Source: a virus
Taxonomy: Duplodnaviria > Caudoviricetes
Reading direction: 5' to 3' (one strand)
DNA: 39,412 nt
IMG/VR virus record: IMGVR_UViG_3300007983_000009
Span: 1 to 39,412 of that record
The position numbers and the translations under genes were made by a program. The notes under the pieces are model-generated. The model was not told where the DNA came from and made no database searches. It saw nothing but the letters and a program-made list of their open reading frames with translations. Below are positions 19,602-28,458 of this stretch, piece after piece; positions within the stretch are counted from its first letter, which is position 1; every line of letters begins with the position of its first letter.

Positions 19602-19948
19602 TTACTTACGCTTTGAAGTTCGTTTTTTGTTATAGGCTTGTTAATGAACTTGACAGGACATCTCTTGCAGAACTCTTGAATTTCGTTAGATAAGTACGCG
19701 GACGTAAGCAGTATAAGGCTGGCCTCTGTTTCGCGTTTTATCACGGCTTCAAGCACGTCTGCCCCGCTGAGCTGACCTCCAAGCGTTAAATCGCAGATGA
19801 TCACGTCGTATTGCTCTCCATTAATGTCGTACGCGAATAAAAACTCCTCACCCGTGGAGAAGTGATCGCACTCTTTTCCTCCGCTCTCAAGGTACTTTCT
19901 TACGAGTTTAGCGGAGAATACGTTGTCCTCTACGATTGCCGCCTTCAT
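19598..19948 (-). CDS. Single-domain response regulator receiver (CheY-like)
   Basis: IVEDN, YDVIICDL (phospho-Asp), SG.DV, LLTS, FINKP. Confidence 0.9.
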   Translation of the reverse strand: MKAAIVEDNVFSAKLVRKYLESGGKECDHFSTGEEFLFAYDINGEQYDVIICDLTLGGQLSGADVLEAVIKRETEASLILLTSAYLSNEIQEFCKRCPVKFINKPITKNELQSVSK

Positions 19949-20301
19949 TACAGTGAAAGGATAGGTATAGGACCTCCCGACTGTCTATCGTAATCGCGAG
20001 TCACAGAGAACTCAAGAATAGCACCGCCTGAGGCGTTGCCGACGAGGCGTACTTGAGGGTACTGCGAGTTCACCTTCAAGGTACGAACTTGACGCGACAT
20101 GATAGTGTTGTAGAAGTCGGTGCCGAGAAGACCCATATCGACCCATTTAGTGCCGTTATGTTCTTGGAAACGGTAGTTCACCGTGTTGATGCCGACATTT
20201 TTCAATATCACCATCATGTCTGTAGGTCCTGAGCGAAGGACTTCAAACAGAGTGTGTTCTGTCTCGGCTACTTCTTGTGAATCGGAAACATGGATGTTCA
20301 T
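19948..20301 (-). CDS. Putative beta-sandwich virion protein (paralog 2)
   Basis: ILKNVGINTVNYRFQE motif; TAGTTA-N4-ATG upstream. Confidence 0.5.
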   Translation of the reverse strand: MNIHVSDSQEVAETEHTLFEVLRSGPTDMMVILKNVGINTVNYRFQEHNGTKWVDMGLLGTDFYNTIMSRQVRTLKVNSQYPQVRLVGNASGGAILEFSVTRDYDRQSGGPIPILSL

Positions 20302-20337
20302 GCCTTAACTACAATCCACGGACGAAAAACGCCGAGC

Positions 20338-20874
20338 CTAAAATCGTATTCTCCAACTCAGCACGGGGGCAAACTCGCTTGACTTGTTAATGCCCACAGT
20401 CGTCTTTCGAGAAAGCAGCGTGTCATCACCTGAAAACAAGCCCAGCTCGGTTATGAGGTAGCCGTTTGCGTCCGCTACGCCCAGTGAGAACTCTACGAGA
20501 GCGATAAACGGCGCAGGAAAGCTTACCCCTTGTATTTCCTTCGTGAACAGGCTGTTTGAGAGCTTGATGGGGTTTTGGAGAGCTACGTCAGTCACCTTGG
20601 CAGGTGAAGTACCTGTACCCACCCCGAATCGGGAGCAGACATGGTTGCTGATAGGCTCAGCAAACCCAAACGCGTACGCCAGAAGCTGCCGCCCCTGATC
20701 TACGAATAGGTTCTCTCCGATCGGAAGCTCGTGCTTTTCAATGCCCCACCCTTTCGGAGTGTTCAAGGTTGGGCGAGCAAGAAGGCCTTGGTCGATAGCG
20801 TCCTGTGTTCGGACAAACTTGCCGTCCTCTCGGTGGCCTCCTGTGATGGTAAGAAATCCTTTTGGTCTGTTCAT
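20338..20874 (-). CDS. Baseplate/tail-fibre attachment protein
   Basis: FGVGTG, TDVALQNPI, ANG..ITELGLF....LLSRK, WRIRF pattern of tail-collar/baseplate wedge domains. Confidence 0.7.
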   Translation of the reverse strand: MNRPKGFLTITGGHREDGKFVRTQDAIDQGLLARPTLNTPKGWGIEKHELPIGENLFVDQGRQLLAYAFGFAEPISNHVCSRFGVGTGTSPAKVTDVALQNPIKLSNSLFTKEIQGVSFPAPFIALVEFSLGVADANGYLITELGLFSGDDTLLSRKTTVGINKSSEFAPVLSWRIRF

Positions 20875-20877
20875 GTC

Positions 20878-22059
20878 TTAACTAAATACGAATCCAGCTG
20901 ATGATATGTTTAATGTGCGTCCTCCCACCTGTATAACCATGGTGCTACCTGAACTTATCAGCGTAGAAGACCCTACTTCAAGAACGTAATCTGACGCAAC
21001 CGCTCCGAAGTACGAGTTAGACGTTAGTCCGTACCCTTCCGAACATACCATTTCTCGATTTGACGTAGCTGTACTGTACAGAGCCTCTACAGTCTCATAA
21101 ATGTTACCTGCGGTAAGCATGTGGTTTGCTGATATGCGCCAGTCAGTGTTTACCCCGATAACGTGCCACATCTCGAAAGGGGTTAAGTCATTGGATATTG
21201 CTTGCTGCTGCGCGACCCAGGATTGCTGTAACACGACCTTTTCTTCTGCTGTCAGGCTGGCGGATAGCCACGCATCCGCAAGGTTAGAAGGAACTTCTGG
21301 CTTGGTCACAGGGGTGCGCCCTGTCGTGTACAAGACAGGTGCCTTTATGTCTACGCGAGCCGAGGATGCGATAGTTGACTGCACCTGCGCTTCGACCGTG
21401 TAAGTGGTTAAGGCTTTCATAAGGTACGCGGTACCTGTGAAGAATAGATCGTCGAACTTAGCCTGAAAAGCGTTGTTGCTGTATACCTCTACACTTCCTG
21501 ACCGAGGGTCTAGCCCTGTCTCGTCGGTTACGGCTATGCTGTTTCCGAGCGGAGTTCTTATGTCTATTCGACCGTCAAGCGCAATGGAACTCGCATCGGT
21601 CGCGACTATAGAGTATCCTTTTTGAGTGCTGAACGTGATGTCAGTAGGGTGAAACCACCACACATGTCCATACTTGGTGAACCCTGATTGAGCTTTAGGA
21701 GTCGATGAGCCGTTCTGGGTCTCGTAGAAATCTTTCACGAACCTGTCTTTTTCCTCTACGTCTAAGTCAGGCTTTTGCTGAGACCCCCACTCCCATACTG
21801 GTTTTTCTGGTTCACCATCCAAAAAGCGGACAAATACACGATCACCTACGTTCGGTATCCAGCTGCCGCCGCCACTGCCTGACGTCTCGCCTGCGGGGAG
21901 TCCCGAGGGCAGTGCCCAAGGAAGGTCTCCGTCAGAGATAGATCCGTCAACGCCTGCGGTGGGTCCGTAAGCAGCAGGTACGCGTACCCGAACCCTCCCC
22001 ATCTGGTAAGGGTCTTTGTTGTTGACTACGTATCCTGAGTATGTGCCTGGGTATTGCAT
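20878..22059 (-). CDS. Baseplate central spike (gp5/VgrG/gpV OB-fold)
   Basis: G.VVNNKDP..MGRVRVRVP, LPWA.P, P.VGDRVFVRFLDGEPEKP; beta-helix-like C-terminus. Confidence 0.92.
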   Translation of the reverse strand: MQYPGTYSGYVVNNKDPYQMGRVRVRVPAAYGPTAGVDGSISDGDLPWALPSGLPAGETSGSGGGSWIPNVGDRVFVRFLDGEPEKPVWEWGSQQKPDLDVEEKDRFVKDFYETQNGSSTPKAQSGFTKYGHVWWFHPTDITFSTQKGYSIVATDASSIALDGRIDIRTPLGNSIAVTDETGLDPRSGSVEVYSNNAFQAKFDDLFFTGTAYLMKALTTYTVEAQVQSTIASSARVDIKAPVLYTTGRTPVTKPEVPSNLADAWLSASLTAEEKVVLQQSWVAQQQAISNDLTPFEMWHVIGVNTDWRISANHMLTAGNIYETVEALYSTATSNREMVCSEGYGLTSNSYFGAVASDYVLEVGSSTLISSGSTMVIQVGGRTLNISSAGFVFS

Positions 22060-22073
22060 GCAGTAGTTAAGTT

Positions 22074-23606
22074 ATGCCTATCGTAACTACAAAGAACAGG
22101 TGGGGGACGCGCGGCGGTCTTGAGATTCAAAGATCAGACATGTGGGTCGCCCTGTTTGACCTACGCGACTTAAACGAAACCACGCCTGATACCATAGCGA
22201 ACGTGCATGATGGGATTATGTACCAGTTCTGCCATTCTGCGTCATTCTCAGAGTCAGTCATCAACCCTATGGAGGTAAAAAGGTTCTCGCTTCCTTTGCA
22301 ACTTCCTGGGTACGACCAGGCGTATCAAGGCGTACGGTTTACTTTCAACATAGGTAAAGATGCGGAATCTTTGGGCGGACTGCCGCCTGTTGTATCAGTA
22401 TTGAAGCAGTGGTATAACGCTGCCCGCGCAGGTAGGGGAGGTATCGACTACCGGTACTTATTAACCAAGGATGGCACTGAAAACGTCGTACCTGAGAGCA
22501 GCTACATAAACCTAGTCGAAGGTCAGGGGATACCGAACTTCACCAAGAACATCGCACTAGTTCTTCTGCGGGGGTCAGAACGCTCTGTTTTGGCAAAAAA
22601 CCCACAAGCTGAGGTGAACAACGACCTGAACCTCCAGGCGTCTTGGGTTTTCCTGCTTAAAAGAGCATGGTGCGGGGGTCTTCAGATGGATGAGCTATCT
22701 TACGACGGTAGCAACGCGAGCAGGATTATAGCTCAAGTCTACCCTGAGGTTGTAGACTGGCTTCCTGCCTTTGACTTAGTAAAAAACAGATTTCTTCCTG
22801 AGGCAGGCAACAAGCCCCTAGGTGACACAGTGTCAGACCTCTCCCTTGCGTCCATAATAGAAGGCGTGAAAGCGCGTATAGAAGACCAGCGCAGCGCGGC
22901 AGCCAACGAACTTACAGGCGGGGTAGGGCTCAACAGCCTGACTCAGCAGGACGGTGTATTTTTCCAGAACCCTGACGCTGAGCTTGACGTTAGAGTGACT
23001 GCTGACGGGTACGCCACGTCTGAGCAGCTTGACGAAGCTATCGAGAACGACGTGGTAAGCACGGGAAGCGTACAAACGAGGCGCATCACGTACAGAGGCG
23101 AAGTCATAGAGGTGCCTGTTGACCTCAACGGAGAAGACGACGCGTCGGCACTTCGGGTTGCCAACGGTCAGATACTCTCTAAGGTAGCCGACCTCGAAGC
23201 TGATTACCAAATAGAGCAGTACAGGCAAGCCAACCCTGAAGATCCTGAAGGATTCGGTTTCCTTCAGGTGCCTGGGACGGGTGATGCTGTACCTTATGGC
23301 TTTGAGGGTTCGCCGAGCTACGAAGATGCCTTAACTGACGTGTACAACAAATCAACGGAGCTTCAGGAGCGTGCCAGCGAAAATTACAACGCTGCTCTTG
23401 GTTCGCAGAACACTACGGAAGTTGTAGGTGGCGAGGAGGTGCTCTCGTTCGGAACGGTCGCTTCTGAGGCGAACAAGCAGTCAATCAAGTTTAACAACAG
23501 AGAGTACGAGTACACGCCGCAGCCAGGTGAAACCCAAGAGGAAGCTGAGGCTAACGCTAAGGTACACTTCAAGGAAGTCATCACTAAAGACCAGTTCCCC
23601 GCGTAA
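22074..23606 (+). CDS. Tail tube-like baseplate protein with acidic extension
   Basis: N-terminus KNRWG...LEIQRSDMW parallels the tube protein KNVWG...LEQQRSDLF; MDELSYD near domain end. Confidence 0.65.
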   Translation: MPIVTTKNRWGTRGGLEIQRSDMWVALFDLRDLNETTPDTIANVHDGIMYQFCHSASFSESVINPMEVKRFSLPLQLPGYDQAYQGVRFTFNIGKDAESLGGLPPVVSVLKQWYNAARAGRGGIDYRYLLTKDGTENVVPESSYINLVEGQGIPNFTKNIALVLLRGSERSVLAKNPQAEVNNDLNLQASWVFLLKRAWCGGLQMDELSYDGSNASRIIAQVYPEVVDWLPAFDLVKNRFLPEAGNKPLGDTVSDLSLASIIEGVKARIEDQRSAAANELTGGVGLNSLTQQDGVFFQNPDAELDVRVTADGYATSEQLDEAIENDVVSTGSVQTRRITYRGEVIEVPVDLNGEDDASALRVANGQILSKVADLEADYQIEQYRQANPEDPEGFGFLQVPGTGDAVPYGFEGSPSYEDALTDVYNKSTELQERASENYNAALGSQNTTEVVGGEEVLSFGTVASEANKQSIKFNNREYEYTPQPGETQEEAEANAKVHFKEVITKDQFPA

Positions 23607-23620
23607 CTGTTCTACAAGGT

Positions 23621-24682
23621 ATGTCAGAATCCTTAAAGCACTCAGTAGAATACTATTTCGACGTCGTTCCCCATAGGAGTACCTCCGAGGAACTGGTTAT
23701 CGTCTGCCCACAATGCTCTGACAAGTCTGGTAACAGGTCAATAAACCTCAACAGCGCACTTACTAACTGCTGGAGGTGCGGAGGCCAGCCTGGACACTCA
23801 GGGGATTTTTACAGGTGGGCAAAGAGTTTGGGGTACGACATTGAGCGCGAGGAAGTACCTGTCGACGACGATGAGCTCATGGAGCTTACAGAGAAAATAG
23901 GCGGTGGTCGCAAGAAGGTCAGGGAGGGATTCTCTACTGGCGTCAAGCTACCCGAAGGCTTTACACTCCTCAAAGACGACCCTGACTCGTACTATTACAA
24001 GAAGATAGCCAAGATGGCTAAGCGCAAGAACCTTCATATTAAGGACTTCATAAAAGCAGGTGCGGGGTTCACACGACAAGACCACAGATGGGAGCCTTAT
24101 GCTATCTTCCCAGTAACCGAGTGGGAGCGCGTCGTGTATTACCAAGGACGCACGTACACTGACGTTCCAGGCAAGGTTACAAAGAAGTTTCCGAGCAGGT
24201 ATGACCTAGAACTCGGGTCAAGGTATTGGGTGTATGGTATAGACGAGGCTCGAAAACACGAGAGCGTATCTATCATCATCGTAGAAGCGATATTCAATGT
24301 CCTGTCCCTCAGGAAAGTGATCAAGGAGAGAGGCATTGAAAATGTCGTGCCTGTAGCCATCTTCAAGCACGCAGTTAGCCACGAGCAGGCTAAGAAGATA
24401 GCCAAGATACGCGGTTTGAAGGAGATTTGCCTGATGTTTGATGAGGACTCTATTATTGACTCGTGGAACGCTGTGCGGAAAATAGCACGAATATCTTCGG
24501 ACAAGTTTACAGTAGTGGAGATGCCGAAAGACCCTGAAACAGGGAAAGGGATCGATCCGAACGACGACGCGGAACTCGCGATGGACTTGTGGGAGAAAAG
24601 GAAGCCAGCAGGAGGTACATCAGGCCTCACTGGAGAATTAAACGCCCAACTCAACAAACTAACTTCAAAAATCCGTTCTTAG
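23621..24682 (+). CDS. DNA primase (zinc finger + TOPRIM)
   Basis: CPQC..CWRC, IFP, YYQGR, IIVEAIFNVLS, MFDED, DPND. Confidence 0.88.
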   Translation: MSESLKHSVEYYFDVVPHRSTSEELVIVCPQCSDKSGNRSINLNSALTNCWRCGGQPGHSGDFYRWAKSLGYDIEREEVPVDDDELMELTEKIGGGRKKVREGFSTGVKLPEGFTLLKDDPDSYYYKKIAKMAKRKNLHIKDFIKAGAGFTRQDHRWEPYAIFPVTEWERVVYYQGRTYTDVPGKVTKKFPSRYDLELGSRYWVYGIDEARKHESVSIIIVEAIFNVLSLRKVIKERGIENVVPVAIFKHAVSHEQAKKIAKIRGLKEICLMFDEDSIIDSWNAVRKIARISSDKFTVVEMPKDPETGKGIDPNDDAELAMDLWEKRKPAGGTSGLTGELNAQLNKLTSKIRS

Positions 24683-24686
24683 CACT

Positions 24687-25301
24687 ATGGACAAAGATAA
24701 ACTCAACATCAAGGTACTCGGCAACCGAGTTGCCGTATCTCAGCTCAACGAAGAAGAGCAGATAATCGGTTCGATTATCGTTCCTCAAGCACAAAAGGAC
24801 GCCGACTACGAACTTGGAAAGGTGCTCTCAGTTGATACTACCACCTACGCCAAAGAAGGCGACCTTATCATGTTCCAGATGCCTCAGAAGGTAAAAGCCA
24901 GCTCGACGTACGTCGTCAAGAACGCAGGCTTACCTGGAGACCGCTTCGGAGTGCTTCACGAGGATGACATCCTCGCGGTACTCACGGACAAGGAAATCAA
25001 ACTCGACACTTTCCAGATTGCGGGTAAATGGGTGCTGTGCGAGATGTTTGCACGCGAAGACCTTGCACTTGGTCTTGAGCTTCCAGAATCGTACCGCCCT
25101 GCGATCGAAGAGTTCCGTTTCGTCCTGCGTCAGAAGGGTAAAGGCTGCACAGTCAAAGCCGAAGTAGGCGACGAGGTGGTCCTGGAGCGCCAGCGTCTCA
25201 ACCCTATCAAGATCGACAACAAAGAGTACGTGTTCTGCAATCAGGAGTACGTGTACGGCGTCGTCGAAGACAGCGTAAACAAGCTTCAAGCTATTGACTA
25301 G
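24687..25301 (+). CDS. groES: Co-chaperonin with two tandem GroES domains
   Basis: IKVLGNRVAV..GSIIVP..KEGD..EDDILAV followed by a second unit GKWVL..GLELP..EVGDEV..IDNKEY..VYGVV. Confidence 0.85.
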   Translation: MDKDKLNIKVLGNRVAVSQLNEEEQIIGSIIVPQAQKDADYELGKVLSVDTTTYAKEGDLIMFQMPQKVKASSTYVVKNAGLPGDRFGVLHEDDILAVLTDKEIKLDTFQIAGKWVLCEMFAREDLALGLELPESYRPAIEEFRFVLRQKGKGCTVKAEVGDEVVLERQRLNPIKIDNKEYVFCNQEYVYGVVEDSVNKLQAID

Positions 25302-25345
25302 GCTCACCGAGAAGCCGCCATTTTACCACGGTAACTGCTAAGAAA

Positions 25346-25378
25346 GAAAAAGCCCGCTCAAATAGAGCGGGCTTTTTC
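25346..25378. terminator. Bidirectional intrinsic terminator
   Basis: GAAAAAGCCCGCTC-AAATA-GAGCGGGCTTTTTC between convergent genes. Confidence 0.92.
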
Positions 25379-25393
25379 GTAAATGGAGTGGGA

Positions 25394-25864
25394 TTAGTAA
25401 CCGCCACCACCAGAAGGTTCGCCTTCGTCTGGGAAGTCGGGCGGAGAGTCATAGCCAGGGCTGCGGAAAGCTGCCTTGTCGATACCCTCGTTGAAGCCCC
25501 AACCCTTGCGGGCGAAGACAGGTACGATGTCGATCTGCGGGTTGCGCAGATCGGCCTTGTTGCGGATTACTGTGGAGATGTTCGCAGTGGTGTCGCCAGA
25601 GCCGAAGAAGCCGATCTGCTTGGAAAGCAGATTCAGGCTTACGGTCTTTTGACCACGAGCAACGATGGACTGAGCCGCACCGAGAGCGGCGTAGCCGCTT
25701 GGCGAGGTTGCACCATCATACTCAGCTACCTTGAGGTAGAGGTCGTTGTCGCCAGTGTTCTCGATAAGCAAGTCGATGTTACCGAGGCGATCATTGGCAG
25801 ACAGGGCGTAACCTGCAAGGACGTTTGCGTCATCACCAAAGCCGATTGAGCTGATTTGATTCAT
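25394..25864 (-). CDS. Putative beta-sandwich virion protein (paralog 3)
   Basis: LIENTGDNDLYLKVAE motif; own TATTTA element and terminator. Confidence 0.55.
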   Translation of the reverse strand: MNQISSIGFGDDANVLAGYALSANDRLGNIDLLIENTGDNDLYLKVAEYDGATSPSGYAALGAAQSIVARGQKTVSLNLLSKQIGFFGSGDTTANISTVIRNKADLRNPQIDIVPVFARKGWGFNEGIDKAAFRSPGYDSPPDFPDEGEPSGGGGY

Positions 25865-25877
25865 GGTATTTTAGGGT

Positions 25878-25943
25878 TGTACGTTTAGGTGTACGTTTAG
25901 GTGTACGTTTTATTGACGCCCTAAATAGTACATGGTACGTTTA
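25878..25943. repeat. 12-bp tandem repeat GTGTACGTTTAG x3 plus detached GTACGTTTA
   Basis: Copies at 25878, 25889, 25901 and a partial copy at 25935. Confidence 0.9.
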
Positions 25944-25991
25944 TTTTTCTCAAACGATTGATTACCAATCTTGCTTGAAAACAGGGATGTA

Positions 25992-27032
25992 CTAAGCTTC
26001 GAGTATTTCCTTACCGTAATCAACCACTACTTCGCCGTCTTCGTCTATACCGAAGTTGGAAGGGGGGTTCAGCTTTACGTACCGCTCCATCGCCTCGCTA
26101 AGTCCCCATTCTACGTTGGTTTCCTCTGTGTCCTCAGACTCTTCCTGGGCAAACGCGTACACAGGCTCAGCACGGTAAGACAGCGGGTGCGTGTAAAACA
26201 TTTCCGCATCTTCTTGGGAGGTAATCTGAACTCGGTATCGGTCTTCGCTGTCTTCACTGACGTTTTTAAGGAAGTAGTCAAGAGTGGCGCACTTGTACTC
26301 TGGAAAGCCTGTCAGAGGTATGAACTCAACCTCGCACGTGTCCGTATCCACAACAGCTACGCGCTTACTCTCGTTGGACTCGCCAAAGTTTTGCTGGAAG
26401 GGTGATCCTAGGTAATACGCGTCCTTGCATCCCGCCACGGCAGAAGGCTTGTGTACGTGACCGAGGAGCGTAAGGCTAACGCCTTCTAGCACGCTGGAGG
26501 GAAGACCTTCGCTTTTCTTGGCGGCGTCCGCCAAGTTTCGTATCTGGAAATGCCCGAAAAGTATTACCTTTTCGACGTTGTCCTGTCGGTAGGTGTGTAC
26601 CAACTCGCAGATGTCCGCCGTCAGAGAATCTTCATCCTCGGGGTACGAGGCGAAAATTATAAGGGTGCCATCTACAAGCTTGTGTGTAAACGACTCCACG
26701 ATGTTGAAAGTCCCCTTCAAAACGCTCCCAGAGTGTACCCGTGTGTTTTTGTAGTACTGGTCGTGGTTTCCTATTAGTTTCCAGTTAAAGCCTGTCTTGA
26801 ACTCGCTCGCGCCCTCTACAACAGCCATAAGGGTCGGTATAGGTATGGCGTTTCGATCGTCAAACGTGTCTCCAAGGTCTACTAAACCCTCACACCCCTT
26901 GCTGTAGTATATGTCATGGAGCTGACTGTAGAAGCGCTTGATTCTGTAATGTTGCAAAGACTCATCTGGGTTGCTGTATAGCCGTTCTCTGCCCCAGGTA
27001 GCCTGTAGGTCTCCGTGTACTAAAAGTTTCAT
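25992..27032 (-). CDS. sbcD: SbcD/Mre11/T4 gp47-like nuclease
   Basis: Metallophosphoesterase motifs GDLQ, GDTFD, GNHD, GHF, GHVH, YLGSP.Q.NFGE. Confidence 0.92.
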   Translation of the reverse strand: MKLLVHGDLQATWGRERLYSNPDESLQHYRIKRFYSQLHDIYYSKGCEGLVDLGDTFDDRNAIPIPTLMAVVEGASEFKTGFNWKLIGNHDQYYKNTRVHSGSVLKGTFNIVESFTHKLVDGTLIIFASYPEDEDSLTADICELVHTYRQDNVEKVILFGHFQIRNLADAAKKSEGLPSSVLEGVSLTLLGHVHKPSAVAGCKDAYYLGSPFQQNFGESNESKRVAVVDTDTCEVEFIPLTGFPEYKCATLDYFLKNVSEDSEDRYRVQITSQEDAEMFYTHPLSYRAEPVYAFAQEESEDTEETNVEWGLSEAMERYVKLNPPSNFGIDEDGEVVVDYGKEILEA

Positions 27033-27055
27033 GTTATATAGAACGTATTTAGTGC

Positions 27056-28078
27056 ATGGACTTTAAGTTTCACGACGAACTCTGCCCTAAAGTATGGGAG
27101 GACGGCAAAATCAAGCCTGAGATACGCGCACGCCTGCTGGATATAGCAGCTGAGTTTGTTGACTTCTTGGGCATAGATGCCGCGCCCGTCGACGTGATCG
27201 TCACAGGTTCTCTGGCCAACTACAACTACACTGATAGCAGCGACATAGACCTCCACGTGGTCTTTGACAGCCAAACTGAGGGTTGGGTCGTTACGGACGG
27301 GGCAGGCGTAGGCCTTGACCCTGTCATACGTGAGCTTTTCACCGCCAAGAAAACCGTCTGGAACGAGAGCCACGACATTAAAATAGCAGGGCATGAGGTG
27401 GAGCTCTACGCTCAAGACATGCACGAGCCTCACGCCTCAACAGGGATTTACTCTCTGACAAACGACGAGTGGGTCATAGAACCTTCCCAAGAAGACCCGT
27501 TCATTGACCTGAAGGCTGTCAAAAGTAAGGCTGACACACTCAAAGACATGATCGACAACGCGGTTGACGACGGAGAATGCTCAACCAAATGTCTTGAGTC
27601 TCTAAAAGTTAAGATGAAAGCACTGCGCCAGTCAGGCCTTGAGTCAGGAGGTGAGTTCAGCACTGAGAATCTTGCTTTCAAGCTACTCCGAAGAAGCGGT
27701 CACCTTGATAAGCTCCACAAAGCCTACCAAGAACGCTACGACAAGGAGTACAGCATGGAAAGTTACGCGCAAACACTCGCCAATCTCATAATGGAGTTCA
27801 CGTCAGTACAGTTCAAGGGACGACCGAACAGCGTACCTGATAATCTCGCGGGGATTGAGGTATCAACCCCGAAAGACGAATACCTTGTTACGAAGAACAT
27901 CCACGCCCAACACGGTGAAAAAGAATACAGGATGACGCGAGCAAGCGCAGTGGGCGCAGGAGAGGTACCCTCAAAAGTAGCACACACGCAAGGTGAATCG
28001 TTTGAGGAGCTACTAGACCTCATACCTGATGATGAATGGGAAAGAGCCGAAACAAAGTTCTGGTTACCTGCTAAGTAA
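27056..28078 (+). CDS. Pol beta-superfamily nucleotidyltransferase
   Basis: TGSLANYNY..SDIDLHV, VELYAQD, GEFS.ENLAFK.LRR; TATTTA-N4-ATG upstream. Confidence 0.85.
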   Translation: MDFKFHDELCPKVWEDGKIKPEIRARLLDIAAEFVDFLGIDAAPVDVIVTGSLANYNYTDSSDIDLHVVFDSQTEGWVVTDGAGVGLDPVIRELFTAKKTVWNESHDIKIAGHEVELYAQDMHEPHASTGIYSLTNDEWVIEPSQEDPFIDLKAVKSKADTLKDMIDNAVDDGECSTKCLESLKVKMKALRQSGLESGGEFSTENLAFKLLRRSGHLDKLHKAYQERYDKEYSMESYAQTLANLIMEFTSVQFKGRPNSVPDNLAGIEVSTPKDEYLVTKNIHAQHGEKEYRMTRASAVGAGEVPSKVAHTQGESFEELLDLIPDDEWERAETKFWLPAK

Positions 28079-28458
28079 TGGGTTCACTATGGTCAGATGA
28101 AGACCTTGGCGGACGCACCTACGTGTCTCGCCATGGCAACAAAGAAAGGGAGGCCTTCCTCAAGCTGCAAGCTAGGCGAAAGTCTATAGACTTCCTCGTT
28201 ACGAACCGAGTGAGCGTCCACGATCGCACCAAGCAGCCGCAGATGCGCTCAGGCGAGGGGTTCGATTTCCTTATGAGCATAAGGAAGATAATCGAAGACA
28301 ACCCGCCGTGGAAGCTTGAGATAAACACCTCTGAGGGCTACGGCACGTGGCTTGAAATATCGCTAGAGGAGCTGGACGTCGTTATTAACGAGTACGTAAG
28401 GCTTGTTGGGAAAACAAACCCACCGAATAACGCTTACCCTAGCCTCCGGTGGGAGTGA
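28078..28458 (+). CDS. Hypothetical protein
   Basis: TAATG coupling to upstream gene. Confidence 0.6.
   Translation: MGSLWSDEDLGGRTYVSRHGNKEREAFLKLQARRKSIDFLVTNRVSVHDRTKQPQMRSGEGFDFLMSIRKIIEDNPPWKLEINTSEGYGTWLEISLEELDVVINEYVRLVGKTNPPNNAYPSLRWE

Noticed and set aside
25878-25943. CRISPR-like array
   Set aside because: Repeats are 12 bp and contiguous with no unique spacers.
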